Below, in pieces: positions 37,484-45,330 of a stretch of DNA of 64,000 nt (its first letter is position 1; each line of letters opens with the position of its first letter). Source of the DNA: Flavobacteriales bacterium. GTDB lineage: Bacteria > Bacteroidota > Bacteroidia > NS11-12g > UBA955. The stretch covers positions 56,082-120,081 of the forward strand of contig CANFLS010000005.1 of NCBI GenBank assembly GCA_947447955.1, in the 5' to 3' direction. The translations under genes were made by a program, and so were the position numbers. The notes beneath the pieces were generated by a model. That model was given only the letters and a program-made list of their open reading frames with translations. It did not search any database and had not been told where the DNA came from.

Positions 37484-37975
37484 TTATTGCTTTTTTACAA
37501 AACCAAGGGAGGCTCCATTGATGCAATATCTCAAACCCGTAGGTTGATTATAGCCATCATTAAAAACATGTCCCAAATGACCTCCACAATTTGCACAAAC
37601 CACTTCAACTCTTGTCATTCCGTAAGCCGTATCTAGAATTTCTTTCACTTTTAATTTATCAATAGATTGATAAAAGCTTGGCCAACCGCAGCCTGCGTCG
37701 AATTTTGTATTGCTTGAAAACAATTCCGAATTACATCCTTTACAAACATAAGTACCAGAATCCCAAAGTGTTTCGTATTCACTTGAATATGGTTTTTCTG
37801 TTCCTTTTTCCCTCATCACATGAAAAGAAAAATCACCTAATATTGCTTTCCACTCAGTATCTGTTTTCTCTATTGGAAATTTATTGTTATCCTGCTCCAT
37901 ATTTGTTTTTTTGTTTTTAGAAATGGATGAACATCCAACGAAATAAAACACGATTGCCAATATTACCCATTTCAT
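37484..37975 (-). CDS. msrB: Peptide-methionine (R)-S-oxide reductase MsrB, with an apparent lipoprotein signal
   Basis: Two CxxC zinc motifs (CKGCNSEL, CANCGGHLGHVF) and the catalytic RYCINGASL. The N-terminus MKWVILAIVFYFVGC|SS is lipobox-like. Confidence 0.85.
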   Translation of the reverse strand: MKWVILAIVFYFVGCSSISKNKKTNMEQDNNKFPIEKTDTEWKAILGDFSFHVMREKGTEKPYSSEYETLWDSGTYVCKGCNSELFSSNTKFDAGCGWPSFYQSIDKLKVKEILDTAYGMTRVEVVCANCGGHLGHVFNDGYNQPTGLRYCINGASLGFVKKQ

Positions 37976-37997
37976 ATTTGTTTAACAATATAATGGT

Positions 37998-38681
37998 TTG
38001 ATTGTTTTATTAATGATTCAAATCCTTGAACTTTGCCATGTGAATTTTTTCGGACATTACTTTTTAGATCATATACCCAATAATCCGAAACATAATTTTG
38101 GAATCTTAACTCCCGATTTGCTAAGAAATTTCACAGCAAATCTTTATGATAAAAATTTATTGCATCACTTAACAGATAGCGATTGGCAAACAGGAGTAAT
38201 AAAACACTTCGAAAGAGACAAACATTTTCATCAGTCTGTATTTTTTAAAGAAACATACGAATCATGCCATGAAATAACCAAAAATACATTTCAAAAAACC
38301 GGCATCCCAAGGTTTTATTTTGCACTCCACGTATTGATTGAAATGATTTTAGACAAGGTTCTTATTAGTGAAGATGAAAGTAAACTTCACGAATTTTATG
38401 AGCAATTGGAATTATGCAAAAATGAAATTCCAAATTTACTAGAACAAATCAACCACCAAAATCCCAGTTTGTTTTTAGAAAGGTATAACCGTTTTTTAGA
38501 ATCAAAATACTTATTCAAGTACCTACATGATTCCGGAATTGTTTATGGTATAAATCGTGTTTATATTCAAGTGAATGCATATCAACTGGAATGGAATGAA
38601 GAACAAAAAAACGAATTAGAAAAACTTGTTTCAATTATTGAATTGGCAATTCGGAAAAACATTACAAAGTTGAATTCCTAA
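37998..38681 (+). CDS. Possible acyl carrier protein phosphodiesterase (AcpH)-like protein
   Basis: From an internal GTG (~38039) the protein reads (M)NFFGHYFLDH..., like the AcpH N-terminus MNFLAHLHL. GVIKHFERDKHFHQS resembles the AcpH GIxxHxxxD block. Recognition from memory only. Confidence 0.4.
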   Translation: MIVLLMIQILELCHVNFFGHYFLDHIPNNPKHNFGILTPDLLRNFTANLYDKNLLHHLTDSDWQTGVIKHFERDKHFHQSVFFKETYESCHEITKNTFQKTGIPRFYFALHVLIEMILDKVLISEDESKLHEFYEQLELCKNEIPNLLEQINHQNPSLFLERYNRFLESKYLFKYLHDSGIVYGINRVYIQVNAYQLEWNEEQKNELEKLVSIIELAIRKNITKLNS

Positions 38682-39654
38682 AAAGCGTATAAATCAAAAA
38701 CAAAAGAGTCATTATATGTAAAAACTCTTTCCATTTCCTCCATTTATTTCCCTCATAAAAACCTGAAATAAAGATTGAAATAGGAACTGAAGCTACAATA
38801 AAATAATGTGCGTAATCTTTGAATCTTATAAAAAAGATTGAAAGCACATAAAATCCAAAAATCAACATTGCCAATTTACTACGTCGGGTTTCAACATTGG
38901 ATCTAAAATAACTACCCACTATTTGCAAAACGCCAACAAATACAAATATTAGCAACAAGAACAATAACAAAATTTCGGGACCATCTTTGATCCAATGGAA
39001 ATCTAAAGTCTTATTTTTAATTACCCAAAATTGCCAAGTATTATAAAAATCATAAGAAAAATTTGATAAATATCCGATGGCCGAAACCAAATAGTAAGGC
39101 ATAATTAAACCGAATAAAATTGCAAAAATATCTAATGGTAAAATAGGTTTGAACAAGATGATAGCAACTATTAGAAAAATGATAACCCAATAATGTTCAG
39201 CAATACACAACGCACTTATTCCAAAAAAGAGTGCACTTAAAAAGAGCCATCTGCGCTGGTAATTGTTCTTAATGTAAAGGTAAAAATATGTGAGTCCGAT
39301 TAAAACAAAAACATTTCCTAATTGAACATTTGACAAGTAAAAATTCTCCAAAAAACATGAATTTGCAATTGCAAAAAAATACAAAATCACATAACCAGGC
39401 TTTTCAACAATGTTATACTCCCAACACAACTTATTGACAATTAAACCTTCAATGATTACAACCATAAATGAAAGCACAAAAGACAACCAACGAACTGAAT
39501 TTATTTCATTGATAAAGTTTGATAAGATTCCGGTATTTAAAGTAGTACTAGGTTGGTATTGGGTAACAAAATAAATGGGAATTCGGATGAGCATGATTAC
39601 CAAAATAACCAAAGTCAAAGAACCTATTTTATTATCAAAAAACTTCCTAATCAT
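38662..39654 (-). CDS. Hypothetical polytopic membrane protein (330 aa, ~9-10 TM)
   Basis: Almost entirely hydrophobic segments. 8-nt ATGATTAG overlap with the upstream gene. Confidence 0.5.
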   Translation of the reverse strand: MIRKFFDNKIGSLTLVILVIMLIRIPIYFVTQYQPSTTLNTGILSNFINEINSVRWLSFVLSFMVVIIEGLIVNKLCWEYNIVEKPGYVILYFFAIANSCFLENFYLSNVQLGNVFVLIGLTYFYLYIKNNYQRRWLFLSALFFGISALCIAEHYWVIIFLIVAIILFKPILPLDIFAILFGLIMPYYLVSAIGYLSNFSYDFYNTWQFWVIKNKTLDFHWIKDGPEILLLFLLLIFVFVGVLQIVGSYFRSNVETRRSKLAMLIFGFYVLSIFFIRFKDYAHYFIVASVPISIFISGFYEGNKWRKWKEFLHIMTLLFLIYTLFRNSTL

Positions 39655-41122
39655 TTCCTGTTAATTGCATCCAAAACCATTGTTTATCTCGGAACAAAGG
39701 TACCGTAAATGTACAATAATCCATCTCTTTTCCATCAAACGGAACCGCCAAATTATAGAAATTATCACTATTCATGATAACTTTTTTAACAATTCGGAAA
39801 TTCGGTTGAATACAATAATCCAAAATCTGATTCTTTCTGGCTATATCATCATTAAAAACAACATGAATTCCATCTTTACATACGTAGCTACCAAAACCAA
39901 GTAAATAAGCATTTGAAATTGTAGCAGATTGGTCCTTTTTAATTACTATACAACTGTCTAATGCAAAATCTTTATTTATAAATAAACCAAAGATATCGCC
40001 ATAATGATAGGATATTTTTGTTGCGGTTTGTGGAATTCCATTTACATAGTATGTTTCCAATTGTCGGAGTTCATTGAATTGCTCAATTAAAAAGAACTTA
40101 TTGCCATTTGCATTCAAAACCAAACGTCTCAAATATAAATTTCGAGGCAGTTCTTTCTTTTTGTTATTTTTTATTTCTAAAATTTTATCTATTGTATTTT
40201 GCTGAAATTCATAATCATAATAATTCTTTTGAGGGAAATTTACGTGTGATATTACTTGATCAAAACAGCCAATTACATCTAACCCGTTCGCATTTGAATA
40301 AAGCCCACTAATATGCCAGTCTTGCGTTATTGGATCTACAGTTAAAATTGAATGCACGTAGGTTCCATTATGCAAAGTGATTTTAAAAATTTCACTCACT
40401 TTTTCAGAAAATGCACAAAGATGTAACTCCTGATTTTTTGGTGATTTAGAACCAAACTCTCTTGGCAAATTTGCCAAAATAGTTCCAATAAATTTTGAAC
40501 TATCAGACAAAGATCCTGCATCCCAAATCACATAATCCCTTGGCAATTTTAAAGTATCTGAATTTTGAAAAATCTTGTCCCCTTTTAAATCATAAACAGA
40601 AACTCCAATTAAACTTGTATTTTTTTTTATTTCGTTTATATATGCAAAAACCCATTTCTTCCTGTCCAAACTATAATCAACCAACAAATGATCAATACTA
40701 ATGTTGGGCAAATCGAAATTAGAAATAATCTTTGTTTCTACTATCCCATTTAAATTATTCCCAATTTTATTCAAAAATAATCTTAGGGGTTCCTTTCTTT
40801 TTTTCAAAACACTTACCCAATAAATTCCTGAATCCGTAGTGAAAATTTTTAAGACATAAACTTTTCGTGCCAATTCAAAAAACCGATCCTCTACAAAACC
40901 CAAATCAGTATCATAACGCTCTATACTAAAGCCACCCGCCAAATTTTCTCTGGCATAATTCAAAAAATAATTTCCAAAATCATTCTGCCCAATGGGTCTA
41001 TGGTACAAACTGTTTTTTTGATTTAATTGCGATTTATTTGATAAAATATACTGTTGCGCATTCGCTTCCAAACTCAACAAAAAAAGGAATATTACCAAAA
41101 GTATTTTGCGCATATCCCTCAA
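39647..41122 (-). CDS. Hypothetical secreted protein (491 aa)
   Basis: Signal peptide MRKILLVIFLFLLSLEANAQQ. Beta-rich sequence. No recognisable motif. Confidence 0.5.
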   Translation of the reverse strand: MRDMRKILLVIFLFLLSLEANAQQYILSNKSQLNQKNSLYHRPIGQNDFGNYFLNYARENLAGGFSIERYDTDLGFVEDRFFELARKVYVLKIFTTDSGIYWVSVLKKRKEPLRLFLNKIGNNLNGIVETKIISNFDLPNISIDHLLVDYSLDRKKWVFAYINEIKKNTSLIGVSVYDLKGDKIFQNSDTLKLPRDYVIWDAGSLSDSSKFIGTILANLPREFGSKSPKNQELHLCAFSEKVSEIFKITLHNGTYVHSILTVDPITQDWHISGLYSNANGLDVIGCFDQVISHVNFPQKNYYDYEFQQNTIDKILEIKNNKKKELPRNLYLRRLVLNANGNKFFLIEQFNELRQLETYYVNGIPQTATKISYHYGDIFGLFINKDFALDSCIVIKKDQSATISNAYLLGFGSYVCKDGIHVVFNDDIARKNQILDYCIQPNFRIVKKVIMNSDNFYNLAVPFDGKEMDYCTFTVPLFRDKQWFWMQLTGND

Positions 41123-41186
41123 AATTCGATTTCAAACACCACATTCGCAAATACAATCGTAATTTTGTACTCTAATTTGAATTATT

Positions 41187-42359
41187 TTGATAGAAAACGA
41201 AAAACCTCAAGAAATTGCCATTGTTGTAGGAGTTCAATCTCAACGACAAGAATTGCCAGTAGATGAATATCTCGATGAACTGGAGCAATTGGTTTATACG
41301 TCGGGAGCAAAAAGCATAAAAAGATTTACCCAAAAACTTGAACACCCACACGCCAAAACCTATGTTGGTAAAGGGAAAATGCAAGAAATTGCTGAATACT
41401 GCAAAAACAACAAGGTTGATATTGCAATATTTGACGATGAATTAAGCCCTGCACAAGTTAGAAATCTTGAAAAAGAAATCATTGATGTTAAAGTACTTAC
41501 AAGAACCCATTTAATCCTCGATATTTTTGCGAAAAATGCACAAACTGCCCAAGCCAAAACACAAGTTGAATTGGCCCAAAGTGTTTTCTTATTGCCAAGA
41601 CTTACTGGCATGTGGACGCATTTAAGCAAACAAAAAGGTGGTATTGGTATGAAGGGGCCAGGTGAAACTGAAATTGAAACAGACAGACGTACATTAAGAG
41701 CTAAAATTACCTTGTTAAAGGAACGCTTGCTTCATATTGAGAAAATTGGAATTACCCAAAGAGCATCTCGTGAGGGAGCGCTTAGAGCTGCATTGGTAGG
41801 ATATACAAACGTTGGTAAAAGTACAATCATGAACTTATTAAGTCGTTCTGATGTATTGGTTGAAGACAAGTTTTTTGCTACATTAGATTCTACCGTGCGT
41901 AAAATTGTATTGCCTAATCCGGCATTAGAAGGTGAAAATGTACCCATTTTATTGAGTGATACTGTAGGATTTATTAGAAAACTGCCTACCCTTTTAGTAG
42001 AAAGTTTTAAAAGCACTTTGGCTGAAGCTTTGGAGGCAGATTTACTCATTCATGTTGTAGACATTAGCAACCCAAATTATGAGAAGCAAATGCAATCAGT
42101 TAAAGAAACATTGCATAGCATTGGAGCTTCCGACAAACCAGAATTAATTGTTTTCAATAAAGTTGATGCTTTCAAAGGACATGATGATGATTTCTTTGTT
42201 GGAACAACCGGTTTAACCATTGAACAATTTGAAAAGAGTTGGATGGCAAAAGAAAATGCTCCTGCCGTATTTATATCAGCAACCAATAAAACCAATGTGG
42301 ATCGTTTAAGAGATTCAGTAGTTACTGAATTATTAAAAGTCCGAACACCTGGTTATTGA
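41187..42359 (+). CDS. hflX: GTPase HflX
   Basis: HflX N-domain (LDELEQLVYTSGA, LSPAQVRNLE), LELAQSVFLLPRL, GGIGMKGPGETEIE, G domain GYTNVGKST, DTVGFI, NKVD. TTG start as in the track. Confidence 0.9.
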   Translation: MIENEKPQEIAIVVGVQSQRQELPVDEYLDELEQLVYTSGAKSIKRFTQKLEHPHAKTYVGKGKMQEIAEYCKNNKVDIAIFDDELSPAQVRNLEKEIIDVKVLTRTHLILDIFAKNAQTAQAKTQVELAQSVFLLPRLTGMWTHLSKQKGGIGMKGPGETEIETDRRTLRAKITLLKERLLHIEKIGITQRASREGALRAALVGYTNVGKSTIMNLLSRSDVLVEDKFFATLDSTVRKIVLPNPALEGENVPILLSDTVGFIRKLPTLLVESFKSTLAEALEADLLIHVVDISNPNYEKQMQSVKETLHSIGASDKPELIVFNKVDAFKGHDDDFFVGTTGLTIEQFEKSWMAKENAPAVFISATNKTNVDRLRDSVVTELLKVRTPGY

Positions 42360-42380
42360 TTTTTTTTACATTTCTATTAC

Positions 42381-42409
42381 AAAAAAGAGCGGCAATTGCC
42401 GCTCTTTTT
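42381..42409. terminator. Bidirectional terminator between hflX and the DUF2795 gene
   Basis: AAAAAGAGCGGCA-at-TGCCGCTCTTTTT. It overlaps the stop codon of the minus-strand gene. Confidence 0.85.
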
Positions 42410-42629
42410 ATAATTCATCTTCGTTGAAGAAATAATCATCATCCGTAGGATAATCACTCCAGATTTCTTCAATGCTCTCATAAGGTTCTCCATCGTCTTC
42501 CAATTCTTGAAGATTCTCGATTACCTCTAAAGGAGCGCCTGAACGAATTCCATAGTCAATTAATTCATCTTTCGTTGCTGGCCATGGAGCGTCGTCCAAA
42601 TAACTAACCAATTCAAGTGTCCAATACAT
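42408..42629 (-). CDS. Small acidic DUF2795-like protein
   Basis: 73 aa. WPATKDELIDYGIRSGAPLEVIENLQELEDD resembles DUF2795. Confidence 0.55.
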   Translation of the reverse strand: MYWTLELVSYLDDAPWPATKDELIDYGIRSGAPLEVIENLQELEDDGEPYESIEEIWSDYPTDDDYFFNEDEL

Positions 42630-42713
42630 AAGCTTTTTATATTAAGTTTTAATTTAGCGCGAAAATATATTTTTATTTGTATAAAACAACACCATTTTTG
42701 TAATCATTTTATT

Positions 42714-43361
42714 ATGCACCCAGATTGGCAAGACAAACTTCATCTTTATTGTGAACAAAATAGCAGCCCCGAACAGCAATACCTGAAAGATATTACTGCT
42801 TTTACGTGGCGAAACATGTTAAATGCCAGACAATTAAGTGGAAAACTTCAAGGGCAGCTATTGTCTATGTTGGTTGCGCTAAAAAATCCCCAATGTATTT
42901 TAGAAATAGGAACATTTACAGGGTATGCAACGGCCTGTTTGACCGAAAATGCATCTCAAGAAACACAAATTCATACTATTGAAGCCGATCTTGAGACCGC
43001 TTTTAAAACAAAATCATTCTGGAAAAACTATAATTTCATGAGTAAAGTACAATTTCATGAAGGCCCAGCACTTGAAATTTTGCCCCCATTAAATTTAAAT
43101 CCCGATTTTATTTTTGTTGATGCCGACAAGCATAATTATATCAATTACTTCAATATGTGCTTTCCAATATTAAAAAAAGGCGGAATCATGCTTTTCGACA
43201 ATACCCTTTGGAGCGGGAAAGTTTTGGATAAAGAATTATTACAAAACGACAAAGACACAAAAAACATGCATGCCTTCAATCAAGAAATTGCAAAATGCAC
43301 AGATTGGAATACGCTTTTGCTGCCTGTTCGCGATGGATTAACCGCAATAATCAAAAATTAA
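42714..43361 (+). CDS. Class I SAM-dependent O-methyltransferase (caffeoyl-CoA OMT-like, family 3)
   Basis: ILEIGTFTGYAT SAM-binding motif, FIFVDADKHNY, GGIMLFDNTLWSGKV. Confidence 0.8.
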   Translation: MHPDWQDKLHLYCEQNSSPEQQYLKDITAFTWRNMLNARQLSGKLQGQLLSMLVALKNPQCILEIGTFTGYATACLTENASQETQIHTIEADLETAFKTKSFWKNYNFMSKVQFHEGPALEILPPLNLNPDFIFVDADKHNYINYFNMCFPILKKGGIMLFDNTLWSGKVLDKELLQNDKDTKNMHAFNQEIAKCTDWNTLLLPVRDGLTAIIKN

Positions 43362-43807
43362 CCGCGCAATTTATCAAGTAAATTACTCAAAATTGTAGCT
43401 TCCTCTTCCGATATTGTCGATACTTTTTCATTAAAGTCAATCATGATTGGATCAATTAAATTTAACATTTTTAGCCCATCCTCGGTAATCCTGATATTCA
43501 TTTTTCGCCTATTATCGCCATCAATGCAACGATCAATCAGTTTGCGAGTCAATAACCTATCGCACAACCTTGTTAGATCGGGGTTTTTATCTAACATCAC
43601 CGCTTTTATATCGGAGGGATTTAATGCCTCTGGATATTTCCCTCTAAGGATGCGTAAAACATTATATTGCTGAGGAGTTAAATTATGGTCTTTGAAAACG
43701 TCACGAAGGTGATTACTCAGCCATCCATCGGTGAACATGATATTTACAATGGCTTTATGAACTGCCGATGTAAATTTATCTTGTTTTAACTCTTCTTCAA
43801 TTTTCAC
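43358..43807 (-). CDS. MarR-family transcriptional regulator
   Basis: 149 aa. LTPQQYNVLRILRG...LTRLCDRLLTRKLIDR winged-helix region. GTG start. Confidence 0.8.
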   Translation of the reverse strand: MKIEEELKQDKFTSAVHKAIVNIMFTDGWLSNHLRDVFKDHNLTPQQYNVLRILRGKYPEALNPSDIKAVMLDKNPDLTRLCDRLLTRKLIDRCIDGDNRRKMNIRITEDGLKMLNLIDPIMIDFNEKVSTISEEEATILSNLLDKLRG

Positions 43808-43855
43808 TACGATACAAATTAAATACTAAATAATTATAAATATAGTATCTCATTC

Positions 43856-43869
43856 AATCATTAATGATT
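43856..43869. promoter_or_regulatory. Perfect 14-bp palindrome AATCATTAATGATT, candidate MarR operator
   Basis: It lies in the 76-bp divergent marR/kynU gap, 2 nt upstream of the kynU -7 box. Confidence 0.45.
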
Positions 43870-43871
43870 AT

Positions 43872-43879
43872 TACCTTTG
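43872..43879 (+). promoter_or_regulatory. -7 box TACCTTTG, 4 nt before the kynU GTG
   Basis: TACCTTTG-catt-GTG (43884). Confidence 0.5.
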
Positions 43880-43883
43880 CATT

Positions 43884-45164
43884 GTGAATATTTCTTTTCA
43901 AAATAGCCTCGAATACGCGAATGATTGCGACAAAAACGATACACTAGCAAAGTTTAGAGATCAATACATCTTTCCAGTGAATGAAAAAAATGAAACCCAA
44001 ATTTATTTTTGTGGTAATTCACTTGGGTTGCAACCTAAAACGGCGAAAGAAGCCATAAATATTGAATTAGAAGATTGGGGTAAATGGGGTGTTGAGGGAC
44101 ATTTTCACGGCAGAAAACCTTGGTTTCATTATCATAAATTCCTAACCGAACATGCTGCCGAAGTGGTTGGAGCAAAACCAATTGAGGTTGTTGTGATGAA
44201 TCAATTAACTGTCAATTTGCATTTATTGATGGTGAGTTTTTACCGTCCCTCAAAAGAAAAATATAAAATTATTATGGAAGCTGGCGCTTTCCCTTCCGAT
44301 ATGTATGCCATTGAAAGTCAAGTAAAACATCATGGCTTCAATTATAATGATGCAGTGATTGAATTGACACCAAGAGAGGGTGAATATACTTTAAGAACCG
44401 AAGATATATTAAAAGCAATTGACGACAATGCATCTGAATTGGCATTGGTTTTCTTTAGCGGTGTGCAATATTATACTGGTCAGTATTTCAATATTCCAGA
44501 AATTACCAAAAAAGCCCATGAAGTTGGTGCCATTGCAGGATTTGATTTGGCGCATGCAGCTGGAAATTTGCATTTGAAACTCCACGATTGGGATGTAGAT
44601 TTTGCCGCTTGGTGTTCGTATAAATATTTAAACAGTGGACCAGGTAATGTTTCTGGAATTTATATTCACGAAAAACACTGCACAAACCCAGAAACTCCTA
44701 GATTTTCAGGATGGTGGGGCTATCAAGAAAACAAAAGATTTTTGATGGAAAAAGGATATGTTCCTGAAAATGGAGCTGCCGGTTGGCAATTGTCAAATGC
44801 ACCCGTTTTTGGAATGGCTGTTCATTTGGCATCGCTCGAATTATTTCATGAAGCTGGTATAGATAACCTAAGAAAAAAAAGCATTGTTTTAACTAACTAC
44901 TTAGAGTTTATTCTTGAAGACGTAAAAAAACAGAATGCCAATTTGTCATTTGAAATAATAACTCCAAAACAAGAACGTGGTGCACAACTTTCATTGCTAA
45001 CAGATTCAACTGGAAAAGCACTTTTTGACCATCTCATTCATCACAATATCATTGCAGATTGGAGAGAGCCAAATGTGATAAGAATTGCGCCAACTCCTAT
45101 GTATAACTCATTTTTAGATGTTTATTTATTAGGAAAAGCAATGATCTCTTTTTCAAGTAAATAG
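43884..45164 (+). CDS. kynU: Kynureninase
   Basis: 426 aa. YFCGNSLGLQP, GVQYYTGQ, DFAAWCSYKYLNSGPG (PLP lysine), GWWG. Confidence 0.9.
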   Translation: MNISFQNSLEYANDCDKNDTLAKFRDQYIFPVNEKNETQIYFCGNSLGLQPKTAKEAINIELEDWGKWGVEGHFHGRKPWFHYHKFLTEHAAEVVGAKPIEVVVMNQLTVNLHLLMVSFYRPSKEKYKIIMEAGAFPSDMYAIESQVKHHGFNYNDAVIELTPREGEYTLRTEDILKAIDDNASELALVFFSGVQYYTGQYFNIPEITKKAHEVGAIAGFDLAHAAGNLHLKLHDWDVDFAAWCSYKYLNSGPGNVSGIYIHEKHCTNPETPRFSGWWGYQENKRFLMEKGYVPENGAAGWQLSNAPVFGMAVHLASLELFHEAGIDNLRKKSIVLTNYLEFILEDVKKQNANLSFEIITPKQERGAQLSLLTDSTGKALFDHLIHHNIIADWREPNVIRIAPTPMYNSFLDVYLLGKAMISFSSK

Positions 45165-45270
45165 TTGCCATTTTGAAATTACTTTTAGAATTCAAACTGC
45201 CATTTTATCAGTTCCATCAAATTTTTTCTGTTTCCTGTCGCCTTTTTTATTTCAATTGTTTGTAAAATTG

Positions 45271-45278
45271 TAGTTTTG
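45271..45278 (+). promoter_or_regulatory. -7 box TAGTTTTG upstream of ftsH, giving a ~50-nt leader
   Basis: The only perfect TAnnTTTG I noticed on a read of the 166-bp gap upstream of 45331 (not an exhaustive scan). Confidence 0.4.
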
Positions 45279-45330
45279 CAGCCAATTCGTATTTTGGTGC
45301 GATTATTGAAACAACCTTTTATATTTTAGA

